DNA of 63,872 nucleotides, counting the filler, from Octopus bimaculoides (Eukaryota), in NCBI RefSeq assembly GCF_001194135.2. It is 5 parts of 5 records of this genome, joined end to end, with 100 filler letters (N's around TTAATTAATTAA, not from the genome) between each part and the next. Parts side by side here need not be neighbours in the genome. Positions count along the whole stretch, not along the records: positions 42,659 to 51,647 come from NC_068987.1; positions 51,748 to 58,422 come from NC_068996.1; positions 58,523 to 63,872 come from NC_068982.1; 2 more parts are not named here. One strand, written 5' to 3'. This document shows, in pieces, positions 47,774-59,237 of this stretch (position 1 is the stretch's first letter; every line of letters begins with the position of its first letter). The translations under genes were made by a program, and so were the position numbers. The notes beneath the pieces were generated by a model. It made no database searches, was not told the origin of the DNA, and saw nothing but the letters and a program-made list of their open reading frames with translations.

Positions 47774-50076
47774 ACTTGTATTTGCTTAACAAGAGAGTTA
47801 ATGTGAGGTAGGCTTTGACAAGTAAAGCGAGATTTTCCTTGAAGAACCGTTTATTAATACACAGAACTGTTACATTCTCCTTGAATTTAAATTGCGTTGT
47901 GTCACAATTTTCGTCGCAAAACCGCGACCTAATCACTGTCACAGTTTCATCGAGGTTATAGCTAGAACTTTATGGGGAAGATCAAGAACGATGCAACAAT
48001 AACTTAACTCCTTTTGTTTACGTATACTCTAGATTAAATACATACATATCACGTCTCTCTAATTTTTCCATCTTTAATCCTACATATTTCACTTCTTCGT
48101 TTCAGTCCCCCATCATATACCTGCCGACAGAAATAGCGATAAAGTCATACTTTTTCTCCTTTTCGCACATTCGAACAAAGAGCAATGGCCTCGAAACGAT
48201 ATATTCTTCACTCTTCGCAGCAATTGAATTTATCCAAATATCCTGTGAACTTCCTTTTAAATATTTTTAAACATTTCGTCCGGCATTCTGACGTTTCTAC
48301 CGACTCACCAGTATTTACCATTTCAGAGGAGCATCGTAAGTATTTTTGTATATAAGCATTTTGAAAATTATATTATTAACATATAGTATATTAACATTTT
48401 GTAAAATTATATGCGAATCATAGTCTATAATATTTTTTAATATATTAGTTTCGAAACTTACGTAATGTCATCAGTTTTGATTAAGAGCTAAAGGAATATC
48501 TATTACAGTTGTTTCTATTTGATTGCTGTTGAAAATTCAATAAAAATGAAATATGTTTTAATAGTTACATAGCCATTTATGCATACGTGCAAGAGTATGT
48601 TTATGCCCTCGTTCACACAAATACACAGAAACATACGCACACATACCCGCATATCTTAACACAAGCATGTAGTCTGAGATACGGCTTTTTGACTTGCTTC
48701 CCTATATAGAATGTCTAATAGTCCACGTATAAATTTGCATGTTTTTTCTCTCTTTACACACACACAGACACACATACAGACACATGTAAATGCATATATA
48801 CATATATCTATGTATGTTTATGTATGTATATGTGTTTGTGTGTGTGTGTGTGTTTGTGTGTGTGTGTTCGTGTATTATTTTCAAGTTAGCAATACTCGTA
48901 AAGGTACTTATGGACTTAGTGCTTCTAGTGAAAACAGTTCAAACTAACATCTAAATTATTCTGGAAATTATATATCGCTTAGGTTTTGAAATCGATAGAT
49001 TTTACTAAAAGTATCATTAAAGTTGTTTAATACCAATACCGAAATTTGAAAACTTACGTTTAATCGGTCAGTGTGTGTGTAATGTAGAATCATGTACCAT
49101 TATGTTTACGTAGATTTTTTTTATTTCCATATGACTAAACATCCATGCAAAACATAGGTGCTCATACATAAAGATACCAACATATAAATACGCATACAAA
49201 CAGTTAATTGAATATACATTCACACCCACATGCACAAATGAGTCCCCCCCCCCACCACAAAAACACATATTAATACACAAATCACTTGCATATTGACAGA
49301 GCCTAGTTAAGGTAAGTCTACGTCTATGAGACATATTAAATGAGTATTTTCTAAAAAGAATGGCCGAATATTATAATGAATATTTATTGACTTCAAGGAC
49401 AAAATACAAAACACATCAAACGTCACAAGTAAGATGGACCCTCACAAACGACGCGAATGTAAGATACTTTGGATTAACACACACTTTAGCCCCAATGACT
49501 GAAGGGATACTGCTCACATAATATTCCATAGAAGAACTATATTACAAGTTTCAACCCCTGCCCAAATAATATTCCATACAGGTATGAAGCATCAACATCA
49601 AAAACCTTCTACACAACAATAACCATCGACTCCTGTCTAACATGCAATTTAAAGAACCCATCAAATTATCCATTAGGTATTAGATACCTCAAATAAATAT
49701 TCATGTGAATACACTCGCTTCAAAAACGTAATTAGAAGTGCAGTCACATTTTCCAAACACATATGGTCACTAAATTATAAGCTCAATAGATATAATATCA
49801 AAATAATATCATAGATGGAACTAAATCTTATGGACAAATTGGGACCTGCAACTTGTATAATGCTGGGGGTGTAGAAAATGTTCATACTCTTTAGGGAATT
49901 GTGAATTAATGTTCTCGTGTAAGTACAAGCGAGCGTAGAGCAAGTATAAAAAAGCTATAAAGTAATCTAACAGTAATTACAATTATCTGGCACGCTACGC
50001 ATTAGCATCCCACACGAAATCACAACTTACTTTATTCATCCAGTTATTCGCTTCGCAGTCAACATAATCACTGCAT

Positions 50077-50408
50077 GGTGCTATGTCTTTACATCCGATG
50101 TCACTTCGTCAAACGTCTTTTCGTCCACGTCTTTTGGTCCGACGTCTTTTTGTCCCACGATTTTTTTGTCCAACGATAAATCCTATCAATAAAATTCTCA
50201 ATGATTATTTGATTTTGATGTTCATCTTGTTTGCTAAAGAGTTTATTTAAAATTCGATAAAAAGTCGTTGAACAAAACATCATCGGACAAAAAGACGTCG
50301 GACAAAAAGACGTCGGACAAAAAGACGTCGGACAAAAAGACGTCGGACAAAAAGACGTGAATGAAATGACGTTGGACAAAGTGACATCGGACGAAAAGAT
50401 AGGTCACG
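50077..50408. mobile_element. Mutator-like foldback MITE, 332 bp, with 15-bp subrepeats
   Basis: 9-bp direct repeat TCACTGCAT at 50068-50076 and 50409-50417; long imperfect TIRs; five tandem GGACAAAAAGACGTC units at 50285-50359 (last with 1 mismatch), with inverted, more degenerate units on the left arm. Confidence 0.8.
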
Positions 50409-50874
50409 TCACTGCATAAACCTGAAGCTACTAATGCTTATATGTGGACCGCAGGCAATAATGCCACAATTCTATAACGCCATAGTTTTATCGTTATTGT
50501 AAATTCTAGTGACTACACGCATACATAATTCCATAATGCATTATTTTAAATGATTTTCTAATGTTATGGTTTTGTAAAATTATAGCTTGATAATTTGTTA
50601 ATTTTATAAGTTTGCAAATTTCATAATCTTATTATGTAATATATAACGTTGCAACTTGAGAAACTATTCTGAATTCTGTATCATGGTCTGTATTATGCTT
50701 TGAGTTCTGCATTTCATAATCAATCATTTTGTTATTTACATAAAACCTTGTAATTTTACGACTAGTGTTTTGCAAGTTGTATTTTAAATTAGTTTTTCTT
50801 TCGATATTTAAACTTGCATTTTGTACTTGATAATTTATATCTTGCAATTTGGTAGTACTATTGTATTTTATCCT

Positions 50875-51325
50875 TTATTTGTTTTGGTCGTTGGACCGTG
50901 GGCATGCTAGGGCATAACATTGAAGGGTTAAGTCAAAGAAATCGATCCCAGTACTTATGTTTAAAGTCTGATACTTAGTGTATCTGTCTCTTTTGTCTAA
51001 TCGCTATGTAAATAAACTGACACCAGTTGTCAAATTGTGGTGGTGGTGGTGGTGGTGGTAGTAGTGGTACCGATGGTAGTGGTGACAAATACAAACAACA
51101 CAAACACAAAAGTACACATACAGAAATATACACACACATAAATACACAGAAACACACACATATATGACGGGCTTCATTCAGTTTCTGTCTACCAAATTCA
51201 CTCACAAGGCTTTGGTCAAGTCTTGTCTAGAGTAAAAGACACTTACCCAAGTATGTACAGTGGAGCTGAACTCAGGAACACTTGGTTGGGAAGCAAGCTT
51301 ATAAACCATACAGCGGCGCCTGTAT
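50875..51325 (-). mobile_element. Old family A-like SINE with internal (GGT)n expansion
   Basis: AAATCGATCCCAGTACTT, CACCAGTTGTCAA, GACGGGCTTC, CACTCACAAGGCTTTGGTC, GGAAGCAAGCTT in family A order. Confidence 0.7.
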
Positions 51326-51691
51326 CTATGCACTTCAAAATTTAAAAAATGTTCTTTCATTATATTTATATTTGTGTATTTGTATACACCCTTATAAGTA
51401 TTATTTTTATAATATTTATATTTCAAGCTTGTGTGCGTCTGTATATATTTACCCTTATCCGCCAAATTTATATTTTTGTATTATTACAAGCCAGTATTAT
51501 ATTATATGTAGTTAGCAATTCTCGATCCCTTCCATCATTCAAACATTTGAGTTTGTAAATTTGTAATATTATGCGTATATAATTTTATATTCCAGTACCA
51601 CTCCATTTCGCTTGTATAAGTAGCTGTATATATATATATATATATATNNNNNNNNNNNNNNNNNNNNNNNNNNNNNNNNNNNNNNNNNNNN

Positions 51692-51703
51692 TTAATTAAT
51701 TAA
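51692..51703. other. Artificial assembly linker TTAATTAATTAA between two 44-N runs
   Basis: As at 30237. Confidence 0.95.
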
Positions 51704-51747
51704 NNNNNNNNNNNNNNNNNNNNNNNNNNNNNNNNNNNNNNNNNNNN

Positions 51748-51825
51748 TGGTGGTGGTGGTGGTGGTGGTGGTAGTGGTGGTAGTGGTGGTAGTGGTGGCG
51801 GCGGTAATAATGTTGTTGATGATGT

Positions 51826-51873
<48 letters not shown>

Positions 51874-51999
51874 CAATGACAGATGATGACAATAACGATG
51901 ATGAGATCACGCCGGCAAGGATGACGGTAATGATGATGATGATGATGATGATGATGATGGTGATGGTGATGATAATGATGGTGATGATGATTATGAATA

Positions 52000-52030
<31 letters not shown>

Positions 52031-53089
52031 GACGATGACGATGATGATGATGATAATGATGATAATGATGATGATGATGATGATGTTGTTGATGATGATG
52101 ATGATGATGACGATGATGATGCTGTCGGTGACCGTGGTGTTGGTGGTGTTAGTGTCGACGGTGAGGGTGGCAGCCTTAGCGGTGGTGATGTAGTTCACGG
52201 TAGTTATAGCAATGGTGAGGATGGTGTTGATAGAGACGATGGGGAGGGGGTTGCTGGTGGTGGTGGTGGTGGTGGTGGTCATAATTCATCTTCAGTCAAC
52301 ATCAATGTCGTTGCTATTTACTTTGCTACGCTTTTGAATCCCTCCCATACCACTGCTGCTGCTGCTACCGCCTCCGCCACCTCTGTGCCACCATCACCAT
52401 CACCACCACCGCCGATGCCGCTGCTGCTGCAACAACTACAATAACAACAACAACAACAAAAGCAACAATAAAAACAACAAAATATCTTCTGTCAATACTT
52501 TCACTGAGAGAACCTTAACGACCTCATCTATTCAGCACCCCACTACTACCACCACCACCACCACCATCACCACCACCATCACCATCGCCGCCGCCACCAN
52601 NNNNNNNNNNNNNNNNNNNNNNNNNNNNNNNNNNNNNNNNNNNNNNNNNNNNNNNNNNNNNNNNNNNNNNNNNNNNNNNNNNNNNNNNNNNNNNNNNNNN
52701 NNNNNNNNNNNNNNNNNNNNNNNNNNNNNNNNNNNNNNNNNNNNNNNNNNNNNNNNNNNNNNNNNNNNNNNNNNNNNNNNNNNNNNNNNNNNNNNNNNNN
52801 NNNNNNNNNNNNNNNNNNNNNNNNNNNNNNNNNNNNNNNNNNNNNNNNNNNNNNNNNNNNNNNNNNNNNNNNNNNNNNNNNNNNNNNNNNNNNNNNNNNN
52901 NNNNNNNNNNNNNNNNNNNNNNNNNNNNNNNNNNNNNNNNNNNNNNNNNNNNNNNNNNNNNNNNNNNNNNNNNNNNNNNNNNNNNNNNNNNNNNNNNCAT
53001 CACCATCGCCGCCGCCACCACCACCACCACCACCACCAACTCTAGCATCACTACTATCACCATCGTCACCATAACCACCATGACAAGAG

Positions 53090-53121
<32 letters not shown>

Positions 53122-53220
53122 TCACCACCACCACCACCACCATCACCACCACCATCACCATCGCCGCCGCCACCACCACCACCACCACCACCAGCAACAA
53201 CAACAACAACAACATTCAAT
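51748..53220. repeat. (GGT/GAT)n tract (51748-52282) followed by complementary (CCA/CAT/CAA)n tract (52340-53220)
   Basis: Direct reading; includes a 398-nt gap. Confidence 0.9.
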
Positions 53221-53291
53221 CAATCAATGCTAACATTACATTTTGGAGCTCAACACTGGCTCATTTAAATACCATCTCCGATATGAGAAGC

Positions 53292-53490
53292 ATTTAAGTG
53301 GTTTGTAGCCTTGCTAGAAATATCAGCCTAATATCCCTCGATTCATAATCAAAATTATATCTTAAAAATGAACGCGTTAGATTATGTGGTTCTACTATAT
53401 TTGCTATATCAAGAAATGAAAGACAGAATGATCACGGCAAGAACATCCTCTGATCATAGGCTGGCCTAGTGTTAAACAGCAAAAGCAAGA
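53292..53490 (+). mobile_element. Probable 3' end of another interspersed retro-repeat
   Basis: GCCTTGCTAGAAATA.CAGCC...TGATCATAGG...TAAACAGCAA; a short related end (GACCTTGGGCTAAACAAC) at about 54097; family identity is from recall. Confidence 0.4.
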
Positions 53491-53572
53491 ACCTCACTCT
53501 AACAACCCAAAACATCTCAACCATAACTGTCACCAACAATGGAAGTTCTATGTGGCCCTCAACTTGTTAGAA

Positions 53573-53950
53573 ATAACAATTTGCGGCCATGCTGGGGCAC
53601 GGCCTTGAAAAATTTTAGTCGAATGAATCGACCCCAGTGTTATTTTTTTTTACAAGCCTGGTACTTATTCTATCGGTCTCTTTTAGCCGAACCATCAGGT
53701 TACGGAGACGTAAATATATCAGTAGCGGTTGTCAAGCAGTGCTGAGGGAAAACACAGAGACACAAACACATACGCACACACACACATACAACGGGCTTCC
53801 TCCAGTTTCCGTCTGCCTAATCCACTCACAAGGTCTTGGTCGGCCAGAAGCTATAAGGCAGAAGACACTTGTCCAAGGTGCAATGCAATGGGACTGAACC
53901 CTGAATCATGTGCTTGGGAAGCAAACTTTTTACCACACAGGTCACGCCTT
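53573..53950 (-). mobile_element. SINE family A-like, near full length
   Basis: GCGGCCATGCTGGGGCAC...ATCGACCCCAGT...GCGGTTGTCAAG...GACACTTGTCCAAGGTG...GGGACTGAACCC. Confidence 0.85.
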
Positions 53951-54369
53951 TGTCTCGATAACATTGTTCGAAATAAAGTTGGGATGGTCATAGTAGGAGT
54001 GGAGTACATTTGATCATAGATTTATTCTTTCAGATCTCACTTGACGTCATCCACCACCACCACCACCACCACCGACAATATAACACATCAGTCTTGACCT
54101 TGGGCTAAACAACGATAGCGATTCCATCATCTCTGTCACCACCAACGCCACTATCATCACTAACAACAACAACAACAACAACTACAACAACGAGAAACCA
54201 TTACCAGCTATTGAGCTGTGTTTTTATCTGCAGCTCAATTACGTTTATAAAATTACAAATAATAACGGATGAATTGATATGAAATGAAGCGTAACAATGG
54301 GTGACTTTTACTTCTGCCACGTAAAATAACTGGTAGAAAAAAAAATATTGTTAACTAGACGGTATCATA

Positions 54370-54672
54370 AGGATTATACACGCATACATACATACATACA
54401 TACATACATACATACATACATACATACATGCATACATACATACATGCATGCATACATGATTACATGCAAACATACATATATGTGCATGCATGCATACATA
54501 CATACATGCATACGTGCATACATACATACATATATACATGCATACATACATACATACATACATACATACATACATACACACATACACACATGCACACATC
54601 CATACATACATCCATACATACATACATACACACATACATACATACATACATACATACATGCATACATACATA
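54370..54672. repeat. (CATA)n microsatellite with CATG/CACA variants
   Basis: Direct reading. Confidence 0.95.
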
Positions 54673-54680
54673 CAAGAATA

Positions 54681-55125
54681 GTTATGGCTGTGTAGTAAAA
54701 AAATGTATGCTTCCCAACAACATGGTTCCGGGTTCAGTCTCACTGCGTGGCACTTTGGGCAAATGTTTTCTAATATATAATCTCGAGCTAATCAAGGACG
54801 TGTGAGTGAATTTGGTAGATGGAAACTAAAAGAGCCTATCGTATATTTGTGTTTATGTATGTGTGCGTGTGTGCGGGCATGTGTTTGAGTGTTCGTGTTT
54901 GTCCTCCAGCACCGCTTGACAACCGGTGTTGGTTTGTTTATGGACCCGTAACCGAGCGGTTTGGCAAACGCATCGGTGAAATAATTATAAGGGTATCAGG
55001 CTTAAAAAATAAGCCCGGGCTCAATTCATTCGACTAAAAAATTCTCCAAGGCGATGCTCCAGCATGGCTGCAGTCTAATGATAGAAAAAAAAAGTTATAA
55101 TGACTGAAACAAGTGAAACATAAAA
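54681..55125 (+). mobile_element. SINE family A, full length
   Basis: GGCTGTGTAGTAA...GGTTCCGGGTTCAGTC...TGGGCAA...CGCTTGACAACCGG...CAGCATGGCTGCAGTC...ATGACTGAAACAAG. Confidence 0.9.
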
Positions 55126-55136
55126 AGTTATATGAT

Positions 55137-55176
<40 letters not shown>

Positions 55177-55178
<2 letters not shown>

Positions 55179-55238
55179 GTCGTCATTTAACGTCCGCTTT
55201 CCATGCTAGCATGGAAAGCGGACGTTAAATGACGACGA
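55177..55238. repeat. Perfect 62-bp palindrome
   Basis: 31-bp arms with no spacer, centred on GCT|AGC (55207/55208). Confidence 0.95.
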
Positions 55239-55269
55239 CGACGATGATGATGATGATATCATATTTCTT

Positions 55270-55400
55270 TTTATCTTTCACTTGTTTCAGTCATTAGGCT
55301 GCGGCCTTGCTGGGGCATGACATTGAATTTTTCCTCGAATAAATCGAACCCCCAGTAGTTATTTTTTGAAATATGCTACTACCGTTCTCTTTTGTCAACC
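55270..55400 (-). mobile_element. SINE family A-like tail, facing the 54681 copy
   Basis: CTTGTTTCAGTCATTAGGCTGCGGCC..GCTGGGGCA...AAATCGAACCCCCAGTA. Confidence 0.75.
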
Positions 55401-55932
55401 GCAAAAGTACGAGTACGAGGGAGAGACGGACAGGGCTTGAGGGACAGAGAGAAATATGCAGCTACCTGAACGGATTTAGCTAAGGGTATACACACGCATA
55501 AAACACAAGACGGGCATGCAATTTTATACTCTATGATCCAATAGTGGACTGATTTAAAAACAGCATCGTTGCCAACGAAATGTTACAGATATCCAAGGCG
55601 GCGAATGGTGGTGTTAATGGTGGTGGTGGTGGTGGTGGTAATGATGATGATGATGATTTAATACTAATATGATTGAGTTTTTGAATTTTGGCACAAGGCC
55701 AGCAATTTTTTGCTGATGTTTTGTTACTGACCCTAATATGATAAAAGTTAAACTTGGCTTCGGCGGAGTTTGAATGTAGAAGCCTTCAAAAAAACAGGAA
55801 ACATACGTCACAAGTAATTTGTTTGGCGTTTTAACGAAAAGCCTAAGGTTCCGTGGACAGTACAAAAATCAAAGACAAAAATGAACGCGTATTACATGTA
55901 TAACAACGTAAAATTATCAAAATGATAAAATA

Positions 55933-56030
55933 GGAAGTCGATCTCGACGGTATTTGAACTCAAAATGTAGAGACGAACGAAATGCCGCTAATTGCTCGCC
56001 GTGTTAACGATTCTGCCAGATTGCCGCCCT
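55933..56030 (-). mobile_element. SINE family B, 5' portion
   Basis: TTTGAACTCA...ACGAAATGCCG...CGTGTTAACGATTCTGCCAGATTGCCGCC. Confidence 0.8.
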
Positions 56031-56205
56031 GGTGGAATCGTAAGCACGCCGGGCAGAATCGTTAGCACGCTTATGGCATTTCGTCCGTCTTTACGTTTTT
56101 ATCATTTCGCGGTCGATAAAATAAGGATCACTTAAGCACTAAGGTTGTAATCGATGTATCCCCTTCCCCGAAATTGTTGGTCTTGTACCAAAATTTGAAA
56201 CCAAA
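56031..56205 (+). mobile_element. SINE family B with rearranged head, head-to-head with 55933-56030
   Basis: GGCAGAATCGTTAGCACG...GGCATTTCGTCCGTCTTTACGTT...GGTCGATAAAATAAG...CCAAAATTTGAAACC. Confidence 0.8.
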
Positions 56206-56351
56206 ATACTGCTGCAACAACAATGCGAAACTCTAAAGAAGAGAGGAACAAGACCCTGAAAACCCTGAAGATAACACTGTGTAACACGATTTTTGTCCTT
56301 GAGTAGCAACTGTTACTTTCTATTTGATTATTCCGAGAAAGTATGAAAATT

Positions 56352-56557
56352 GGCTAATATTTCCTTTGAACTTTTCTTTAGTACATTTATTCAAACCTCA
56401 AAAACTCCCTCTCAACACATGGTTATGATGCTCCCTAACTACTCTTGCTCATCATCAGAGATACACATATTGTCAGCCACTAAGGAACATGCTCAAGAAC
56501 TTCAAGTCAAGCAACTGACAGCCAATCTGTGCTACCGAGCAAAACATTTGCTATAAC
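56352..56557 (-). mobile_element. Family D repeat fragment
   Basis: Shares about 75 nt with 20760-20838. Confidence 0.6.
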
Positions 56558-57170
56558 GATATTTCTGCTTCAGCAACTCAGCCCTGAATCTGTCTGAAAT
56601 GTAATGGAAAATAAGTCAATTTCAAAATATTGATGTTCAGGGAATAATAGTGATATTCTTTGATTTCTAGACAGAACCAAATGGGAAATAATACTTACTG
56701 ACCAAAGACAAAAGAAAAAAAAAAATTATTGTGTAACCACTGGTTAACCGATAAACCTAAGTGCTTTCGCCAAGTTTTTATTGCTGAAAATCCGTATTTC
56801 ATTTTAAAGCGATTTGTAAATCCATATTTCGTATTCATATGCTCAGACAAGCGCACACACAAAAACACACATATTCACACACCGCATACACCACACACAT
56901 GCATACATATACGCAACATACATAGTAGCAGTCACGATTTCGGAGTCACGATTTCGGAGTCACGATTTTCCCCGGTTTGATCCTGCGATGGGATACATTC
57001 GTTCATCTCTCGATCATTAAATATATTCTGTCGGTTGAAACTGGTCGAGAGAACCACCTTTGAAAATTCGNNNNNNNNNNNNNNNNNNNNNNNNNNNNNN
57101 NNNNNNNNNNNNNNNNNNNNNNNNNNNNNNNNNNNNNNNNNNNNNNNNNNNNNNNNNNNNNNNNNNNNNN

Positions 57171-57280
57171 AGGCTTTGGCTGACTCGAGGCTATAGTAGA
57201 ACATTGTTGCCCAAGGTGTCACGCAGTGAGACTGAATCCGACACCGTGTGGAATGGATGGGAACTTCTTACCACACACAC
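57171..57280 (-). mobile_element. SINE family A head fragment next to a gap
   Basis: GGCTTTGG...CGAGGCTATAGTAGAA...GCCCAAGGTGTCACGCAGTG. Confidence 0.8.
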
Positions 57281-58097
57281 AAACACACACACATATGGGA
57301 GTGTATGCGTATACGCACATGTATATATACATGTATTTATGTGCGTATGTACAACTATATATTATGTTGATGGTTCTTATTGCATGTAAAAGAAATGAAC
57401 TCTCGAGTTATAGAATTGAACTACCCCTGAGTAGAAGAATAGACAAAAAATCCCATGACAATATCGGCAAACTCTAAATGAGATGTCTAAATAATGTCAG
57501 GAGTGAAGAATATGCCGATTTGGATATGCCGTTTTAGAAAAGACACTCTGATTGTCCGGAAATAATAAAACCGTTGTGAAACCGTGTTTCTGCCTCAACA
57601 AGCATAGCAGTTGCCATGGCCTAACTTCTCGAGACATATACAAGGAAAGGAAAACATTTATTGTCATTTAGTAAAATTGCATAATTAAAACTAAATTCAA
57701 CTAAATTTAGCTAAACTTAGAGTGACTAGGAGTAAGAATATGACAGAAAAAAAAAAACGAATAAAAGAATATCAAATATTGTACACGATAAATTGTTATT
57801 CTTCTATTGTTTGAACCAGAAACTGTGGCACTGGTGGATACTGCTATAAAATTATTCATTCTTTGAAATTATCTTTCTTTTGACAGAAAAATATACCAAT
57901 ATTTTGTAACAACTGAATCCAAGGCGAAATAATGTCACCTTGAGATGTAAAGGGGCTGGCATGGGAACCGCGTCAGCGATGGAGAACACTGGTGGGCTTG
58001 GTCGGTTCTTCGCATGATGACGCCTGTGGGACCATTCACCTGCAATTATACCAGCCCCACCAAGCAAGAGCATGAAAGAAAGAAAAAAAAAGAATAT

Positions 58098-58283
58098 AGT
58101 TATGCAGATGATACAAAACTTCTCAGAAGATACAAAACCCTGGAACTGTTGTGCATCTGCAACAGGAGTTGGACGCAGTATACAGGTGACTGAAAAAAAT
58201 AATATGCAGTTTAATACTAGAAAATTTAAAGCCCTGTGTTGCCAACACACGAAGCTCAATGAAAAGCAAATAGGATACAGTGG
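58098..58283 (+). mobile_element. CR1/L2-type LINE reverse transcriptase fragment
   Basis: SYADDTKLL...LQQELDAVYR*...EKNNMQFNTRKFKAL across frameshifts. Confidence 0.75.
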
Positions 58284-58284
58284 C

Positions 58285-58395
58285 CTACGATTTGGTTGGC
58301 CTGAGGCTATATTTGAAGATATCTGCCCAAGATGCCACTCAGTGGGATTGAACCCACAAACACGTGGTTGGGAAACAAGCTTCTTAACACACATC
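58285..58395 (-). mobile_element. SINE family A head fragment
   Basis: TTGGTTGGCCTGAGGCTATA...GCCCAAGATGCCAC.CAGTGGGATTGAACCC. Confidence 0.8.
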
Positions 58396-58466
58396 CATGT
58401 ATATATATATATATATATATATNNNNNNNNNNNNNNNNNNNNNNNNNNNNNNNNNNNNNNNNNNNN

Positions 58467-58478
58467 TTAATTAATTAA
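58467..58478. other. Artificial assembly linker TTAATTAATTAA between two 44-N runs
   Basis: As at 30237. Confidence 0.95.
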
Positions 58479-58624
58479 NNNNNNNNNNNNNNNNNNNNNN
58501 NNNNNNNNNNNNNNNNNNNNNNTATATATATGTATGTATATGTATATATGTATGTATAAATGTATATATACACACATATATATGTATATATGTATATGTG
58601 TGTATGTATATATGTATATATATT

Positions 58625-58655
<31 letters not shown>

Positions 58656-59031
58656 TCATATATATGTATACACACACACACACACACCTATACATATATG
58701 TACGCCTGAGCGTGATTGTGTGTGTGTTTTCGTTTAGATCTATTTATGTTCTTTGCAGAATTGAAGTCGGTCGCTAACAAAGTGTGTTATTGTGGATGAG
58801 AAGATGACTATGTATGTGTGTACGTTGCAATAACTAAAGAGTACTCAACACAATGAAGTAGCTTTTAGATTATTTCATTTGGTTGCCTGTAGGCAACGGT
58901 AGTAGATACTACCAGTCTTCTCACACAAAAATATTGTTAGTTCATGAAAAAAAAATCACGGCAAAATTAAAGGTCATTAAAAAGCAAGGATTGTTAGGTT
59001 TCTTCTCATTGATTAAGATATAAGGCGGTAA

Positions 59032-59237
59032 GTTGGCAGGACTGTTGGAAAGCCGAACAACATGTTTAACGGCATTTCGTTCGTCTTTACGTTCTGAGCT
59101 CAAATTCCGCAGAGGTCGATTTTGCCTTCATCCTTTCAAAGTCGATCAAATAAGTACCAGTGAAGGACTTGGGTCATTGTAATCGACTTGTCCCATCCCC
59201 ACAAAAACTGATGACCCTGTGCCAAAATTTGAGACCA
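59032..59237 (+). mobile_element. SINE family B, full length
   Basis: AAGGCGGTAAGTTGGCAG...GAGCTCAAATTCCGC.GAGGTCGA...TTCATCCTTTC...AAATAAGTACCAG...GCCAAAATTTGAGACC. Confidence 0.85.

Noticed and set aside
48440-48480. Minus-strand CTGATGA...GAAAC
   Set aside because: No stem I or NUH triplet can be formed; at best a decayed relic.
49330-49900. Possible decayed retroelement coding block
   Set aside because: A-rich and coding-like by eye, but I could not recover a convincing motif.
50285-50359. 15-bp repeat array as a CRISPR or coding repeat (SFCPT)n
   Set aside because: No spacers, eukaryotic context, and it lies inside a TIR bounded by a TSD.
51692-52282. Poly-Met, poly-Ile and poly-Asp ORFs
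   Set aside because: Translations of (GAT)n; the stop is supplied by the artificial linker.
57852-58394. 180-aa minus-strand ORF
   Set aside because: It is the antisense of a SINE head, a CR1-type fragment and an unclassified repeat-like segment.
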